Below, one piece after another: positions 14,982 through 25,840 of a stretch of DNA of 32,000 nt (position 1 is the first letter of the stretch; the number at the start of each line of letters is the position of its first letter). The stretch comes from Candidatus Saccharimonadota bacterium (GTDB taxonomy: Bacteria > Pseudomonadota > Gammaproteobacteria > Enterobacterales > Enterobacteriaceae). The notes under the pieces were generated by a model. It searched no databases, was not told the DNA's origin, and saw nothing but the letters and a program-made list of their open reading frames with translations. The position numbers and the translations under genes were made by a program. The DNA is taken from positions 148,481 to 180,480 of the forward strand of contig CP144769.1 in the NCBI GenBank assembly GCA_036689235.1, written 5' to 3'.

Positions 14982-14993
14982 AAAATTAAAATA

Positions 14994-17900
14994 TTAATAA
15001 TATTTTATATTATTAATTATTAAATTATTAAAAACAGGTAATAATCATTTTTCTATTTTATTTATTATAAAATTAATATTTAAAAAATTATAATATTTAT
15101 TAATTATATAAGATATATAAATATCATTTATTTCTCCTTTAATAAAAAAATTTCCATATAAAATATTAAATAATTTTTTTTTAGCTTTAATAATATAGTT
15201 TTCATTTAATAAAATTTTATTATTAATATTATAAGCAGATAATATTCATATATTAGAAGATTTAGGTAAAAAAAATAAAGGATAATTATAACTATTTAAA
15301 TATGCATTTACATATTTATTAATATAATAAATACATTTATATTTATTTATTGGTTTTAAACATCATATTCCATTATAACCATATAAATAACTATAATTAA
15401 TACCACCTTTATAACAATATACTAAATGATCTATTCAAAATAATAAAGCATCTATTAAATTTAAATTTTTAGGTAATCATTTAATTAAACCTAAATTATT
15501 ATATTGATTAATATAACCTTTTATATAAAAATTATGAAATTTTACATTTATAAAAACTTTATTAATTTTAAAATAATATTTCTTAATATTACTAATTAAA
15601 TAAAAAATATTTTTTTTTTCTTTTTCTCATAATATTTTACCAAAATAACTTAAAGGTAAAAAATTTAAATTTTGTAAATATAAAAAAATATTTTTATTAT
15701 ATCCATATTTTATAAAAATATCTATTATTTTATATCTAAAAAAATAAATTTTTTTAATATCTAAATCAAAATATTCATTTTTACTAATATATATATTAGA
15801 AATAAAATAATTTATTTTATGAAAATAAAATAAAAAATATTTAATAGGATTAGATCAAAAATTATGTAATTCATTTAAACTAATAATATATTTTTTTTTA
15901 TAAGTTTTAAAATAATTTTCTTTATTTATATAATTAAAAATATTTAAATTATATTTTTTAAATATTATATTTCTTTTTAAATAAATATATTTTTTTTTAT
16001 TTAATTTACTAAAAAAATTTTTATATAAAAAAATATTTATATAATTTTTAAAATAAACTAATAAAATAGAAGGAAAACAAAAATTATTTTTTAAAAAACA
16101 AAAATTAATATAACTTATATATAACTTATCACAAAATAAAATTTTTTGTAAAAATAAATATTTATCATAACTTATTTTATCACGATCACCTAATCTTGAA
16201 TTAATATTAATTAAATTAAAATCACAAAAATCTTTATTTTTAGGATACATATTTTCATTCATACCTATTAAACATGTAATTTTAAAAAATAAAGATTCAG
16301 AATAAATAAATGAACAAAAATTTATAGAATTTATAGAATATATTTTTTTTTTATTTTTATTTTTTAAAAAAAATATTAACATTTTTTTAAAAATATTAAT
16401 ATTTATATATTTATTAAATTTATATATATTATAAATATCTATAATATTTAAAAAATTTTTTTTATTTAAAAATATACTTTTATTAATATATTTCTTATAA
16501 AAAAAAGTTTTTATAAATTTTATACAAATAAAAATTCAATTATTAAATAAATATTTTTTATTTAAAATATCTTTTCAGTATAAAATTTTAAAAATAAAAT
16601 CACATATTTTTTCTATTAAATTATAATAAAAATTATTAGAAAAAAAATTATAAGGTATAATATTATTTCAAATACAATTTTCATTATTTATACAAAAACC
16701 TAATAAAATTCTTTTTAAACTATTTATTCAACTTAAATAATTAAATTTTTTAAAATTAAAAATATCATTTTTAGAATTTACATTTAAACCTATATTTTTA
16801 ATAATATATATTATAATTTTTAATTCTTCATAATTTATATTAAATTTTTTAAAAATTATTTTTTTTTTTAAAAAACACAATAATTCAATAAAATTAAATT
16901 CTAAATTAGATATATTTAATAAATTTAAAAAAATGTTTAATAATTCATTTTCATAAATATTATTACATTCTAAAATTTTATATGGTAAATATCTTTTATA
17001 TTTTAAATCAGAAAAAACAGATTTAATATATGGATAATATTTATTAATATTAGTAACATTTACTATTATGTCACTAGGAACAATATTTTTATTTATAATT
17101 AAATCTAATAAAAAATTTTTTAAATTTATTATTTCTTCTAAATAACCATAAGATTTATTAATTATTATAGAATCATCTTTATTAAAATTTTTATTTTTAT
17201 TATTTATAATAACATCTTTAAAATTTAAAATATTATTTTTAATAATATCCAATTTACTTTTTTTTTTTATATTTAAAAAATAATTTATTTCTTTTATATT
17301 AAATTGTAATAATAATAATAATAATTCAGAAAGACTTTTTCCATAACTTAATAATAAAGAATTATTATTATTTTTATTTTTATAAAAATTAAAAATTAAT
17401 AAATCTTTTTTTAAATTATTTTTATTAAAAATATTATTTTCTTTATTATTAAAATAAAATGTTTCATATCAAAATTTATAAGAAGGATTAAATAAAAAAT
17501 AATAAATATTTTTATAATTAGATATTAAATATAAAATATTTAAATAAATTGGAGGTATAAATGAAATATTAAATATACAAATATAATCAATAAAATTTTT
17601 AGGAAAAATAAAATTTTTATTTCTTAAAATTTTTAGAATTCTAATATAAATATTAGATTTATTTCACTTATATGAAAAATTATTAATAAAATATTTTATT
17701 ATTTTTCTTCATAATATAGATTGTCATTTTTGATGTAAACAATCAATATTTTTAATTAATTTATAATTACTTCATTCATATAACCAATCTATTCTATACA
17801 TCAAATATTCATCAAATATATTAGATATTTTTATAGATAAATTAAACAATTTATTATAATTATAATCATTTTTTAAATATTTTTTAATAGAATAAAATTC

Positions 17901-18221
17901 CTTTAAATTAATAACTTTAGGTAATATATTAAATATTATTCAAACTAAATTATATTTATTAAAATAATATTTTTTTGATAAATTAGATATATTTTTTTTA
18001 CAAAATTTTCATATAAAATCACCTATTAATAAAAACTTAAAATTTGCACATATACCTATATTTTCAGATAAAAAAATTTTTAAATTTAAAGATATATTAT
18101 TATTAGAAACTAATATAAATATTTTTGATAAAAAAATATTGTTTATAATATTTTTTTTAATTATATCTAAAATATTTTTTTTTAAAATATCTAAATTATT
18201 AGATTGATACAATATAAACAT
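14994..18221 (-). CDS. recC: Exodeoxyribonuclease V gamma subunit RecC
   Basis: 1075 aa. The three track fragments (15855-16382, 16728-17252, 18009-18221) are in one frame, and the hand-scanned gaps contain only TGA. The N-terminus MFILYQSNNLDIL...GICANFKFLLIGDFIW matches E. coli MLRVYHSNRLDVL...GIAANIDFPLPASFIW. NIFDEYLMYRIDWLYEW matches DLFDQYLVYRPDWLAQW. There is a 12-nt gap to the recB start. Confidence 0.9.
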
Positions 18222-18232
18222 ATACTTAAAAA

Positions 18233-18751
18233 ATTAATTAATAAATTTTTTATAAAAATTAAATTATTTATAATTATAGACATAAATAATAAAAAAATAC
18301 AAAAATAATAATCATTTTTTTTATTTAAAAAAAAATAAAAAATAGGAATTCTAAATTTTATTTTATAAGGTCATAAAAAAAATACACCTTTATAAGTAAA
18401 CATATCACAAAAAATATGACTAAAATAACCTAAAAAAATAGCAAAAATTATATCAAAATTAAATTTTAAAAAAAATATATTAATATATATAATAAATAAA
18501 ATCAATAATATTAAACCTAAAAAACTATGAGTAATAGTTCTATGTCCAAATAAATTAAATATCATAATAGATATAAATTTAAATTTATATCCTAAAAAAG
18601 ATCTAGGATGGTCTATATCAGGTATTAAACATGATAAAAAAGAAATAGGAATAATACGTAATAAATCTAAGTAAATATTTAATTTTTTTAAAAATTTTCA
18701 AAAAAAAATTATAAATGATAAACAAAAAATTAAATGATTTTTTACACACAC
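18233..18751 (-). CDS. ydjM: Inner-membrane metal-dependent hydrolase YdjM family (DUF457)
   Basis: About 172 aa. LSCLIPDIDHPRSFLGYKF, FGHRTITHSFLGL and LGYFSHIFCDMFTYKGVFFLWP match E. coli YdjM (LLPDIDHPKSFLG, FGHRGFTHSLL, GYLSHILADMLTPAGVPLLWP). There is no in-frame ATG near the N-terminus. I propose a GTG start at 18749-18751, preceded by AGG at a 6-nt spacing; ATT at 18755-18757 is the alternative. The stop is 11 nt upstream of the recC ATG. Confidence 0.8.
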
Positions 18752-18858
18752 AAAAATCCTATTTTATTTAATAAAAATTAATATATAATTATAATAAAGT
18801 TTTAAATTATTTAAAATATAAAAAAATTTAAATATGAAATATAATAAATAATATAAAT

Positions 18859-20058
18859 ATGTTAAAAAATAGAGATCATAGAATAATAAATAAAAATTTA
18901 AATTTATATCATATTAGTAATATATCACCAGGAATGGTTTTTTGACATCAAAATGGATTTATTTTATTAGAAAATATAAAAAATATAATAAGAAAGAAAT
19001 TAAAAAAATATAAATATGAAGAAGTAAATACTACATTTTTGATAGATAAAAATATATGAATTAAAAGTGGTCATTGAAAAAATTATAAAAAATATATATT
19101 TCATACAAAATATAAAAATAGAATATTATGTATAAAACCTATGAATTGTTTAGGACATATAGAAATATATAAACAAAAAATAAAATCTTATAAAGATTTA
19201 CCTATTAGAATATCAGAATTTGGAATATGTCATAGAAATGAAAAATCTGGATCATTACATGGTTTAATGAGAACAAAATCATTTATTCAAGATGATGCAC
19301 ATATATTTTGTACTAAAAAAAAACTTAATATAGAAATATTAAAATGTATAAAAATGATTTATGAAGTATACAAAATTTTTAATTTTAAAAATATAAAAAT
19401 ATTTTTATCTACAAGACCAAATAAATATTTAGGTAATAAAAAAATATGAAATAAAATAGAAAATAAAATTATTAAATTATTAAAAAAAAAAAATATAAAA
19501 TTTAAAATTAAAAATGAAGAAGGTGCATTTTATGGTCCAAAAATAGAATTTATTTTAAAAGATTGTTTAAATAGAGAATGACAATGTGGAACTATTCAAA
19601 TAGATTATTTTTTACCTAAAAAATTAAAAATTATATATATTAATAAAAAAAATATAAAAAAAAATCCTATAATTATACATAGAGCAATTTTAGGTTCATT
19701 AGAAAGGTTTATAGGAATAATTATAGAAGAATATAATGGAAAATTACCAGTATGATTAGCACCAATAAAAATAGTAGTAATAAATATTTCAATAAAAAAT
19801 TTAAAATATTCAAAATATGTATTAAATAAATTAATAAAAAATAATATTAATTCTATAGGAGATTTTAAAAATAAAAAAATAAATTATAAAATAAAAAAAT
19901 ATACTTTACAAAAAATACCTTATATAATAATATGCGGTAATAAAGAAGAAAAAAATAAAATAATAAGTGTAAGATCATATATAAATAATAATTTATATAA
20001 AATAACATTAAAAAAATTTATTAAAAAAATAAATAATAAAATAAAAAAATTTAAATAA
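18859..20058 (+). CDS. thrS: Threonyl-tRNA synthetase, catalytic core plus anticodon-binding domain only
   Basis: 399 aa, fully hand-translated. It starts [29 protein letters not shown], which aligns to about residue 240 of E. coli ThrRS (RDHRKIGKQLDLYH..APGMVFWH). The Zn ligands are kept ([23 protein letters not shown]). An in-frame TAA at 18829-18831 and the ydjM start at 18751 leave no room for the N-terminal domains. Confidence 0.95.
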
Positions 20059-20065
20059 GGATAAA

Positions 20066-20599
20066 ATTATTAAAATTTATAAAAATAAAATATATTTTAA
20101 AAAACATAAAATTAATAATGAAATTAAAAATTATAAAATAAAATTAATAAATAATATTGATAAAAATAAAAATATAATTTTAACTACAGAAGCATTAAAA
20201 ATAGCAAAAAATCTTAATTTAGATTTAGTAGAAATAAATCCTAATTTTAATCCACCAATATGTAAAATATTTGATTATGGAAAATACATATATAAAAAAA
20301 ATAAAAGTAATAAAAAAAATATAAATAATAAAAAAATACAAATAAAAGAAGTAAAATTTAAATTTAATACAGATAAAAATGATTATAATATAAAAATAAA
20401 TAATATAATTAAATTTATAAAAAAAAAATATAAAGTAAAAATATCAATTATATTAAGGGGAAGAGAAATAATACATAAAAACTTAGTAATTAATATGTTA
20501 AATAATATAAAAAAAAAAATAAATAATGATAAAAAAATTTTTATAAAAGAAACAATAAGAAATAGACAAATTTCAATGATATTAATACCAAAAAAATAA
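20066..20599 (+). CDS. infC: Translation initiation factor IF-3 (non-ATG start, probably ATT)
   Basis: KINNEIKNYKIKLIN...TTEALKIAKNLNLDLVEINPNFNPPICKIFDYGKYIYKK...IQIKEVKFKFNTDKNDYNIKIN...ILRGREIIH...ISMILIPKK matches IF3 throughout. The frame is open only from 20045 and has no ATG before the conserved region. ATT codons at 20066 and 20069 follow AAGGA (20057-20061). Confidence 0.88.
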   Translation: MIKIYKNKIYFKKHKINNEIKNYKIKLINNIDKNKNIILTTEALKIAKNLNLDLVEINPNFNPPICKIFDYGKYIYKKNKSNKKNINNKKIQIKEVKFKFNTDKNDYNIKINNIIKFIKKKYKVKISIILRGREIIHKNLVINMLNNIKKKINNDKKIFIKETIRNRQISMILIPKK

Positions 20600-20600
20600 T

Positions 20601-20798
20601 ATGTTTAAAATAAAAAGTATAAATTCAATTAAAAAAAGAATTAAAAAAACTTCTTTAGGAAAATTAAAATTTAAATGTTGTAATTTACGTCATATTTTAA
20701 CAAAGAAAAATAGAAAAAAAAAAAGAAAATTAAAAAAAAAAAAAATTATAAATAAATCAATTAGTAAAAAAATTAAAAAAATAAATCCATATTTATAA
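20601..20798 (+). CDS. rpmI: 50S ribosomal protein L35
   Basis: MFKIKSINSIKKRIKKTSLGKLKFKCCNLRHILTKKNRKKKRKL matches L35 (MPKIKT..AKRFKKT..G.FK....NLRHILTKK..K.KR.L). It starts 1 nt after the infC stop. Confidence 0.95.
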   Translation: MFKIKSINSIKKRIKKTSLGKLKFKCCNLRHILTKKNRKKKRKLKKKKIINKSISKKIKKINPYL

Positions 20799-20819
20799 AT
20801 AATATAATAAGATAATTTT

Positions 20820-21164
20820 ATGGTTAGAATTAAAAGAAGTGTAATTGCTCATAAAAAACATAAAAAAATAATTAAAAAAGCTAAAGGATATTATTCTTGT
20901 AGATCAAAAACATATAAATCAGCAAAACAAGCTGTAATAAAATCAGGTCAATATTCATATAGAGATAGAAAACAAAAAAAAAGATATTTTAGAAAAATAT
21001 GAATTATGCAAATAAATGCAAAAGTAAGAGAATATGGATTAACATATAGTAAGTTTATAAAAAAAATAAAAACTTTACTTAATTTAAATAGAAAAATATT
21101 ATGTGAAATAATAAATAAAGAAAATAAAAGTTTTAACAAAATAATATCATTAATAAAAAAATAA
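20820..21164 (+). CDS. rplT: 50S ribosomal protein L20
   Basis: 114 aa: [80 protein letters not shown]. The track ORF stops at the conserved Trp (TGA at 21000-21002), and the rest continues in frame to TAA at 21162-21164. Confidence 0.95.
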
Positions 21165-21187
21165 TAAAATAATTTATTTAAAATAAA

Positions 21188-22162
21188 ATGTTAAATTTTA
21201 ATAAATATATAAATAAATTTAATAAAAATATTAAAAATAAAAATAATATAAAATATATAGAGAAAATACGTATAAAATATTTAGGTAAAAAAGGATATAT
21301 AAATAATTTAATAAAAAAAATTAAAAAATTATCTAAAAATAAAAGACCTAAATTAGGTAGAATAATTAACAAGATTAAAAAATATATAAAAAATAAAATA
21401 TATTTAAAAAAAAAAAAAATAATAAAAAAAAATATAAAATTAAATAAAAATTATATAGATATTTCTTTACCAGGAAAAGTACCAATAATAGGAAATAAAC
21501 ATATTATTAGTATAACTTTAAATAAAATAGAAAATTTTTTTCAAAAACTAGGATTTTTAAATATAGTAGGTAATGAAATAGAAAATAAATATTATAATTT
21601 TGATTCATTAAATATTAATAAATATCATCCTTCTAGATCTAAAAAAGATACTTTTTGAATTAATAAAAATATTTTATTACGTACTCAAACATCTTGTTTA
21701 CAAATAAAATATATGAAAAAAAAAAAACCTCCTATTAAAATAATTACATCAGGATGTGTTTTTAGAAAAGATTATGATAAAACTCATACTCCTATTTTTC
21801 ATCAATTAGATTTATTTTTAGTTGATAAAAATATAAATTTTTGTAATTTAAAATATATAATTATAAAATTTTTAATGTATTTTTTTGATAAGAAAATAAA
21901 AATTAAATTTATACCATCATATTTTCCTTTTACAGAACCTTCAGCTGAAGTTTTTATAAAAAAAAATAACAAAAAGTGATTAGAAATATTAGGATGTGGT
22001 TTAATACATCCAAAAATATTAAAAAAATTAAATATTAATTCAAAAATATATTCAGGAATAGCTTTTGGTATAGGTATAGAAAGATTAATAATGATTAAAT
22101 ATAATATAAAAAATATAAAATTATTATATAAAAATAATATTAAATTATTAAAACAATTCTAA
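21188..22162 (+). CDS. pheS: Phenylalanyl-tRNA synthetase alpha subunit
   Basis: 324 aa. Track ORFs 21188-21658 and 21713-21979 share a frame and join through TGA. Matching segments: HPSRSKKDTFW, LLRTQTS, class II motifs GCVFRKDYDKTHTPIFHQLD, PSYFPFTEPSAEV, W-LEILGCGLIHPKIL, GIAFGIGIERL. Only 23 nt separate it from rplT, so there is no room for a pheM leader. Confidence 0.95.
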
Positions 22163-22177
22163 TAATATGGTATAAAA

Positions 22178-24424
22178 ATGAAATTTCATATAAAGTGAAT
22201 TAAAAAATATATAAAAAATAATTTAAATATTAAAAATATAATTAATTTATTAAATAATAATGGTTTTGAAATAAATTGTATTAATTTATATAAAAATAAA
22301 AAATATATAATAAAAAAAATTATATCATATAAAAAATATTCATTAAAATGATCTTATATAAAAATAAAATATAAAAAAAAAATACATAAAATTTATACAA
22401 TATATATTAAAGAAAATATAAAAAATAAATATATTTTAATTAATAAAAAAGATATAAAAAATAATTTTTTTTTTATTAAAAAAAAACAATATTATAAAGA
22501 TTATATTTTTATATTATATAAAAAAAATAATATATTAAATAAAAATATAAAATATTTAAATAAAATAAATTTATTAGAAATAAATATACCTTATAATAAA
22601 ACAAATTGTAATAATATATATTCTATATGTAAAGAAATATCAATAATAATAAAAAAAAAAATAAAAATTAATTTAAATAAAATAAAAAAAATAAAAAAAA
22701 ATAAAATAATTATAAATAATAAATATATAAATAAAAATATAATTAATTATAAATATATAATAATAAAAAATATAAAAAATATAAATAAAAAAATTAATAT
22801 TAATAATGAAAATAAATTAAATTTATTAAATATTAAAATTAATAATAATATAAAAGATATAATAAATTATATATTAATAGAATCAGGACAAAAAATAGTA
22901 TATTTAGATTTAGATAAAATAATTAAATTTAATAAAATTAATAATAAAAATATTATAAAAATAAAAGAAAAATTTCTAATAAAAAAAAATATAAAAAAAT
23001 ATTATATTAAAAAAAATACTAAAAATTTAATTTTAATATCCCCATTATATAATTATAAATATTTTATTAAAAAAAATTTTTATAATAAAAAAATAGATAA
23101 ATATATAAGTAATAATTATAAAAATATACAAAATATATTTTTACAAAAAACTTCTGAAATAATTAAAAAAATATATAAAGGAAATTTAAATAAAATTAAT
23201 ATAATATATAATTTAAAAAATAATAATAAAAAAAAAAAAAATAAAATTTTATTTATAAAATATAATTATATAAAAAAAAAAATAGGTTTTAATATAAAAA
23301 AAAAAAAAATTATAAATATATTAAAATTAATGGAATATAAATTAATTAAAAAAAAAAAAAAATATATTTCTATTAAAATACCAAAATGAAAAAATAATAT
23401 AAATATAGTAGAAAATATTATATCTGAAATATTAAAAATATATGGATATAATAAAATTCCAATTAAAAATTTTAAAACAAATATAATTGTATCAAATAAA
23501 AAAAATATATCAAAAAAAATATATAATATAAAAAATATAATAACAAATATAGGTTATAAAGAAATAATAAATTTTCCATTTACTAATAAAATTAAAGAAA
23601 ATATATTTTTTAAAAAAAAGAAAAATAATATTAAAATATATAATCCTCTATTAAAAAATATGAAATTATTAAGATATTCTTTAATACCAAATATGATAGA
23701 TACATTAACTTTTAATATAAAAAAACAACAACAAGAAAGTATTAGTTTTTTTGAAATAGGAACATGCTTTAAAAAAAAAAAAAATAATAAAATAAAAGAA
23801 ATAAAAAAATTATCTCTATTGAGATATGGATATAAAAATAAAAATAAATGATATATAGAAAATAATTTTTTTGATTTTTATGATATTAAAGGAGATTTAA
23901 TATATTTATTTAAAAAAAAAAATAAAGAAAAATATTTAAATATTAAAAAATCAAATAATAAAATATTAGATAAATATCAAAATACAGATATATATTTTAA
24001 AAATAAAAAAATAGGTTATATGGGTATGCTAAATAAAAAAATACAATATAAATATTCTTTAAAATATTCAATATTTTTATTTGAAATAAAAATAAAAAAT
24101 ATATTATTTAAAAAAAATATTAAAATAAATAAAATATCAAAATATCAAAATAATAAAAGAGATATAACATTAATTATAGATGAAAAAATATCAATAAATA
24201 ATTTAATTAAAACATGTTTTTTAATAAATAAAAAAATAATAAAAAAAATTAATATTATTAAAATATATAAAAACAATGAATTAAAAAAAAATAAAAAAAA
24301 AAATATAACTTTAAGATTAAATATACAAAATAATAAAAAAACATTAAAATCAAATGAAATAAATAATATTATATATAAATGTAAAAAAATATTAAAAAAA
24401 AAATTTAATGCATTAATAAATTAA
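22178..24424 (+). CDS. pheT: Phenylalanyl-tRNA synthetase beta subunit
   Basis: 748 aa. I hand-translated 22178-23400 without meeting TAA or TAG, and track ORFs 23660-23851 and 24020-24424 are in the same frame. The N-terminus is MKFHIKWIKKYI. DIINYILIESGQKIVYLDLDKI matches E. coli [22 protein letters not shown]. Also VENIISEILKIYGYNKIP, LRYSLIPNM, FFEIG, FYDIKGDL, and the C-terminal ISKYQNNKRDITLII...ITLRLNIQ...TL. Confidence 0.9.
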
Positions 24425-24462
24425 TTAATTGAATTATATTTAAAAATAAAAGGAAAATAATT

Positions 24463-25164
24463 ATGAAGAAATATTTTTATATATCTATATTTAATATAAT
24501 TAATATTAGTAAATATATATATAAAATATATAATTGAATATTATTTAGTTTATTAATAACATTAATCATATCATTTAATGTAATTAAAATACCGTATTTT
24601 TTTAAAATATTTTTTTTAAATAAATTTTTTTTATTTACTATATTATCAACACAATTAATAATTGTTTTTTTAATATCAAATTTTATTAATATAATAAATA
24701 CAAAAAATATTATATTATTATTTATAATTTATTCAATATTAAAAGGAATATTTATATCAAATATATTTTTAATATATACATATAATTCAATAAAAATATC
24801 ATTTTTAATATGTAATATTATATTTTATATTATGAGTATAATAGGATATAATTCAAAAAATAATCTAATAAAAATAGAAAATTTTTCATCATTATTAATA
24901 ATAATAACTATTATAAGTATAATTATTAATATAATATTAAAAAATTCTTTAATTACTTACATTATTTCATATATAAATATATTATTATTTAGTGCATTAA
25001 TATTATGAGATATTAAAAAATTAAGAGAAATAGAATTAAATGTAATAAAAAATAATAATAAAAATAAATATTCTATATTAGGAGCATTAATTTTATATTT
25101 AAATTTTATAAATTTATATTTATTTATATTAGAATTATCAGGTATTAAAATAATAAAAAAATAA
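24463..25164 (+). CDS. ybhL: BAX inhibitor-1/YccA family inner membrane protein (YbhL-like)
   Basis: 233 aa, fully hand-translated, with two TGA-Trp codons. KYSILGALILYLNFINLYLFILELSG matches E. coli YbhL KYSILGALTLYLDFINLFLMLLRIFG. LLFIIYSILKGIFISNIFLIYT matches MLFMLYSALTGLTLSSIFIVYT. It has about 7 hydrophobic segments. AAGGA lies 8 nt upstream of the ATG. Confidence 0.88.
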
Positions 25165-25170
25165 ATATAA

Positions 25171-25206
25171 TTTTCTTATAAGAAAAAAAATATTTCTTAT
25201 AAGAAA
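25171..25206. terminator. Two copies of the palindrome TTTCTTATAAGAAA; candidate intrinsic terminator for ppa and possibly ybhL
   Basis: Both lie in the 50-bp convergent spacer between the ybhL stop (25164) and the ppa stop (25215). 25171-25186 is a perfect 16-bp palindrome (ttttcttataagaaaa). 25193-25206 repeats its 14-bp core, with centres 21 bp apart. On the minus strand the second hairpin is followed by TAT8. The stems are short and weak (6 bp, one G:C pair). Confidence 0.3.
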
Positions 25207-25214
25207 ATAATATA

Positions 25215-25751
25215 TTATTTAATATTTTTTTTTTTATATAAATTAATTGAATTTAAAATAATATTTTTTGCTTTATGAACATCATATCAATCATCAATTT
25301 TTACTCATTTATCTTCTTCTAAATCTTTATAATGTTCAAAAAAATATCATATATTATTTAATTTTTTTTTTGAAATATCACATATATCTTGAATTGAATC
25401 ATATTTATTTGTAATATTATAATTAGGTACAGCTAATATTTTATTATCTTCACCACATTCATCAATTAATTTTAATACTCCTATAGGACGACAATGTATA
25501 ACTGAATTAATATGTAAAGAATAATCACAAATTAATAATACATCTAAATAATCATTATCTTTAGATAAAGTATTATTAATATATCCATAATTAAAAGGAT
25601 AAAATATAGGAATATTAATAAATCTATCTACTCAAATACAATTATATTTCTTACTTTTTTCATATTTAATATAATATGTATTTAAAGGAATTTCTATAAT
25701 AACATAAATATCATTTGGAATATCTTTTCCTGATGGAATATTATTTTTCAT
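25215..25751 (-). CDS. ppa: Inorganic pyrophosphatase
   Basis: 178 aa by hand translation: [22 protein letters not shown]...IKYEKSKK...VDRF...[24 protein letters not shown]...[22 protein letters not shown]...[19 protein letters not shown]. It is collinear with E. coli Ppa and has four TGA-Trp codons. It is absent from the ORF track. Confidence 0.95.
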
Positions 25752-25840
25752 TAATATAAATCCTTATATAAAAAATATTAACAAACAACTTAAATATAAT
25801 ATAATATATATATTATTATTATAAATATAAAAAATAAATT

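Noticed and set aside
16728-17252. The track ORF 16728-17252(-) is shown starting with M as if it were an independent gene
   Set aside because: The codon at 17250-17252 is TTG (Leu) internal to recC. The frame is continuous upstream and downstream with RecC-homologous sequence.
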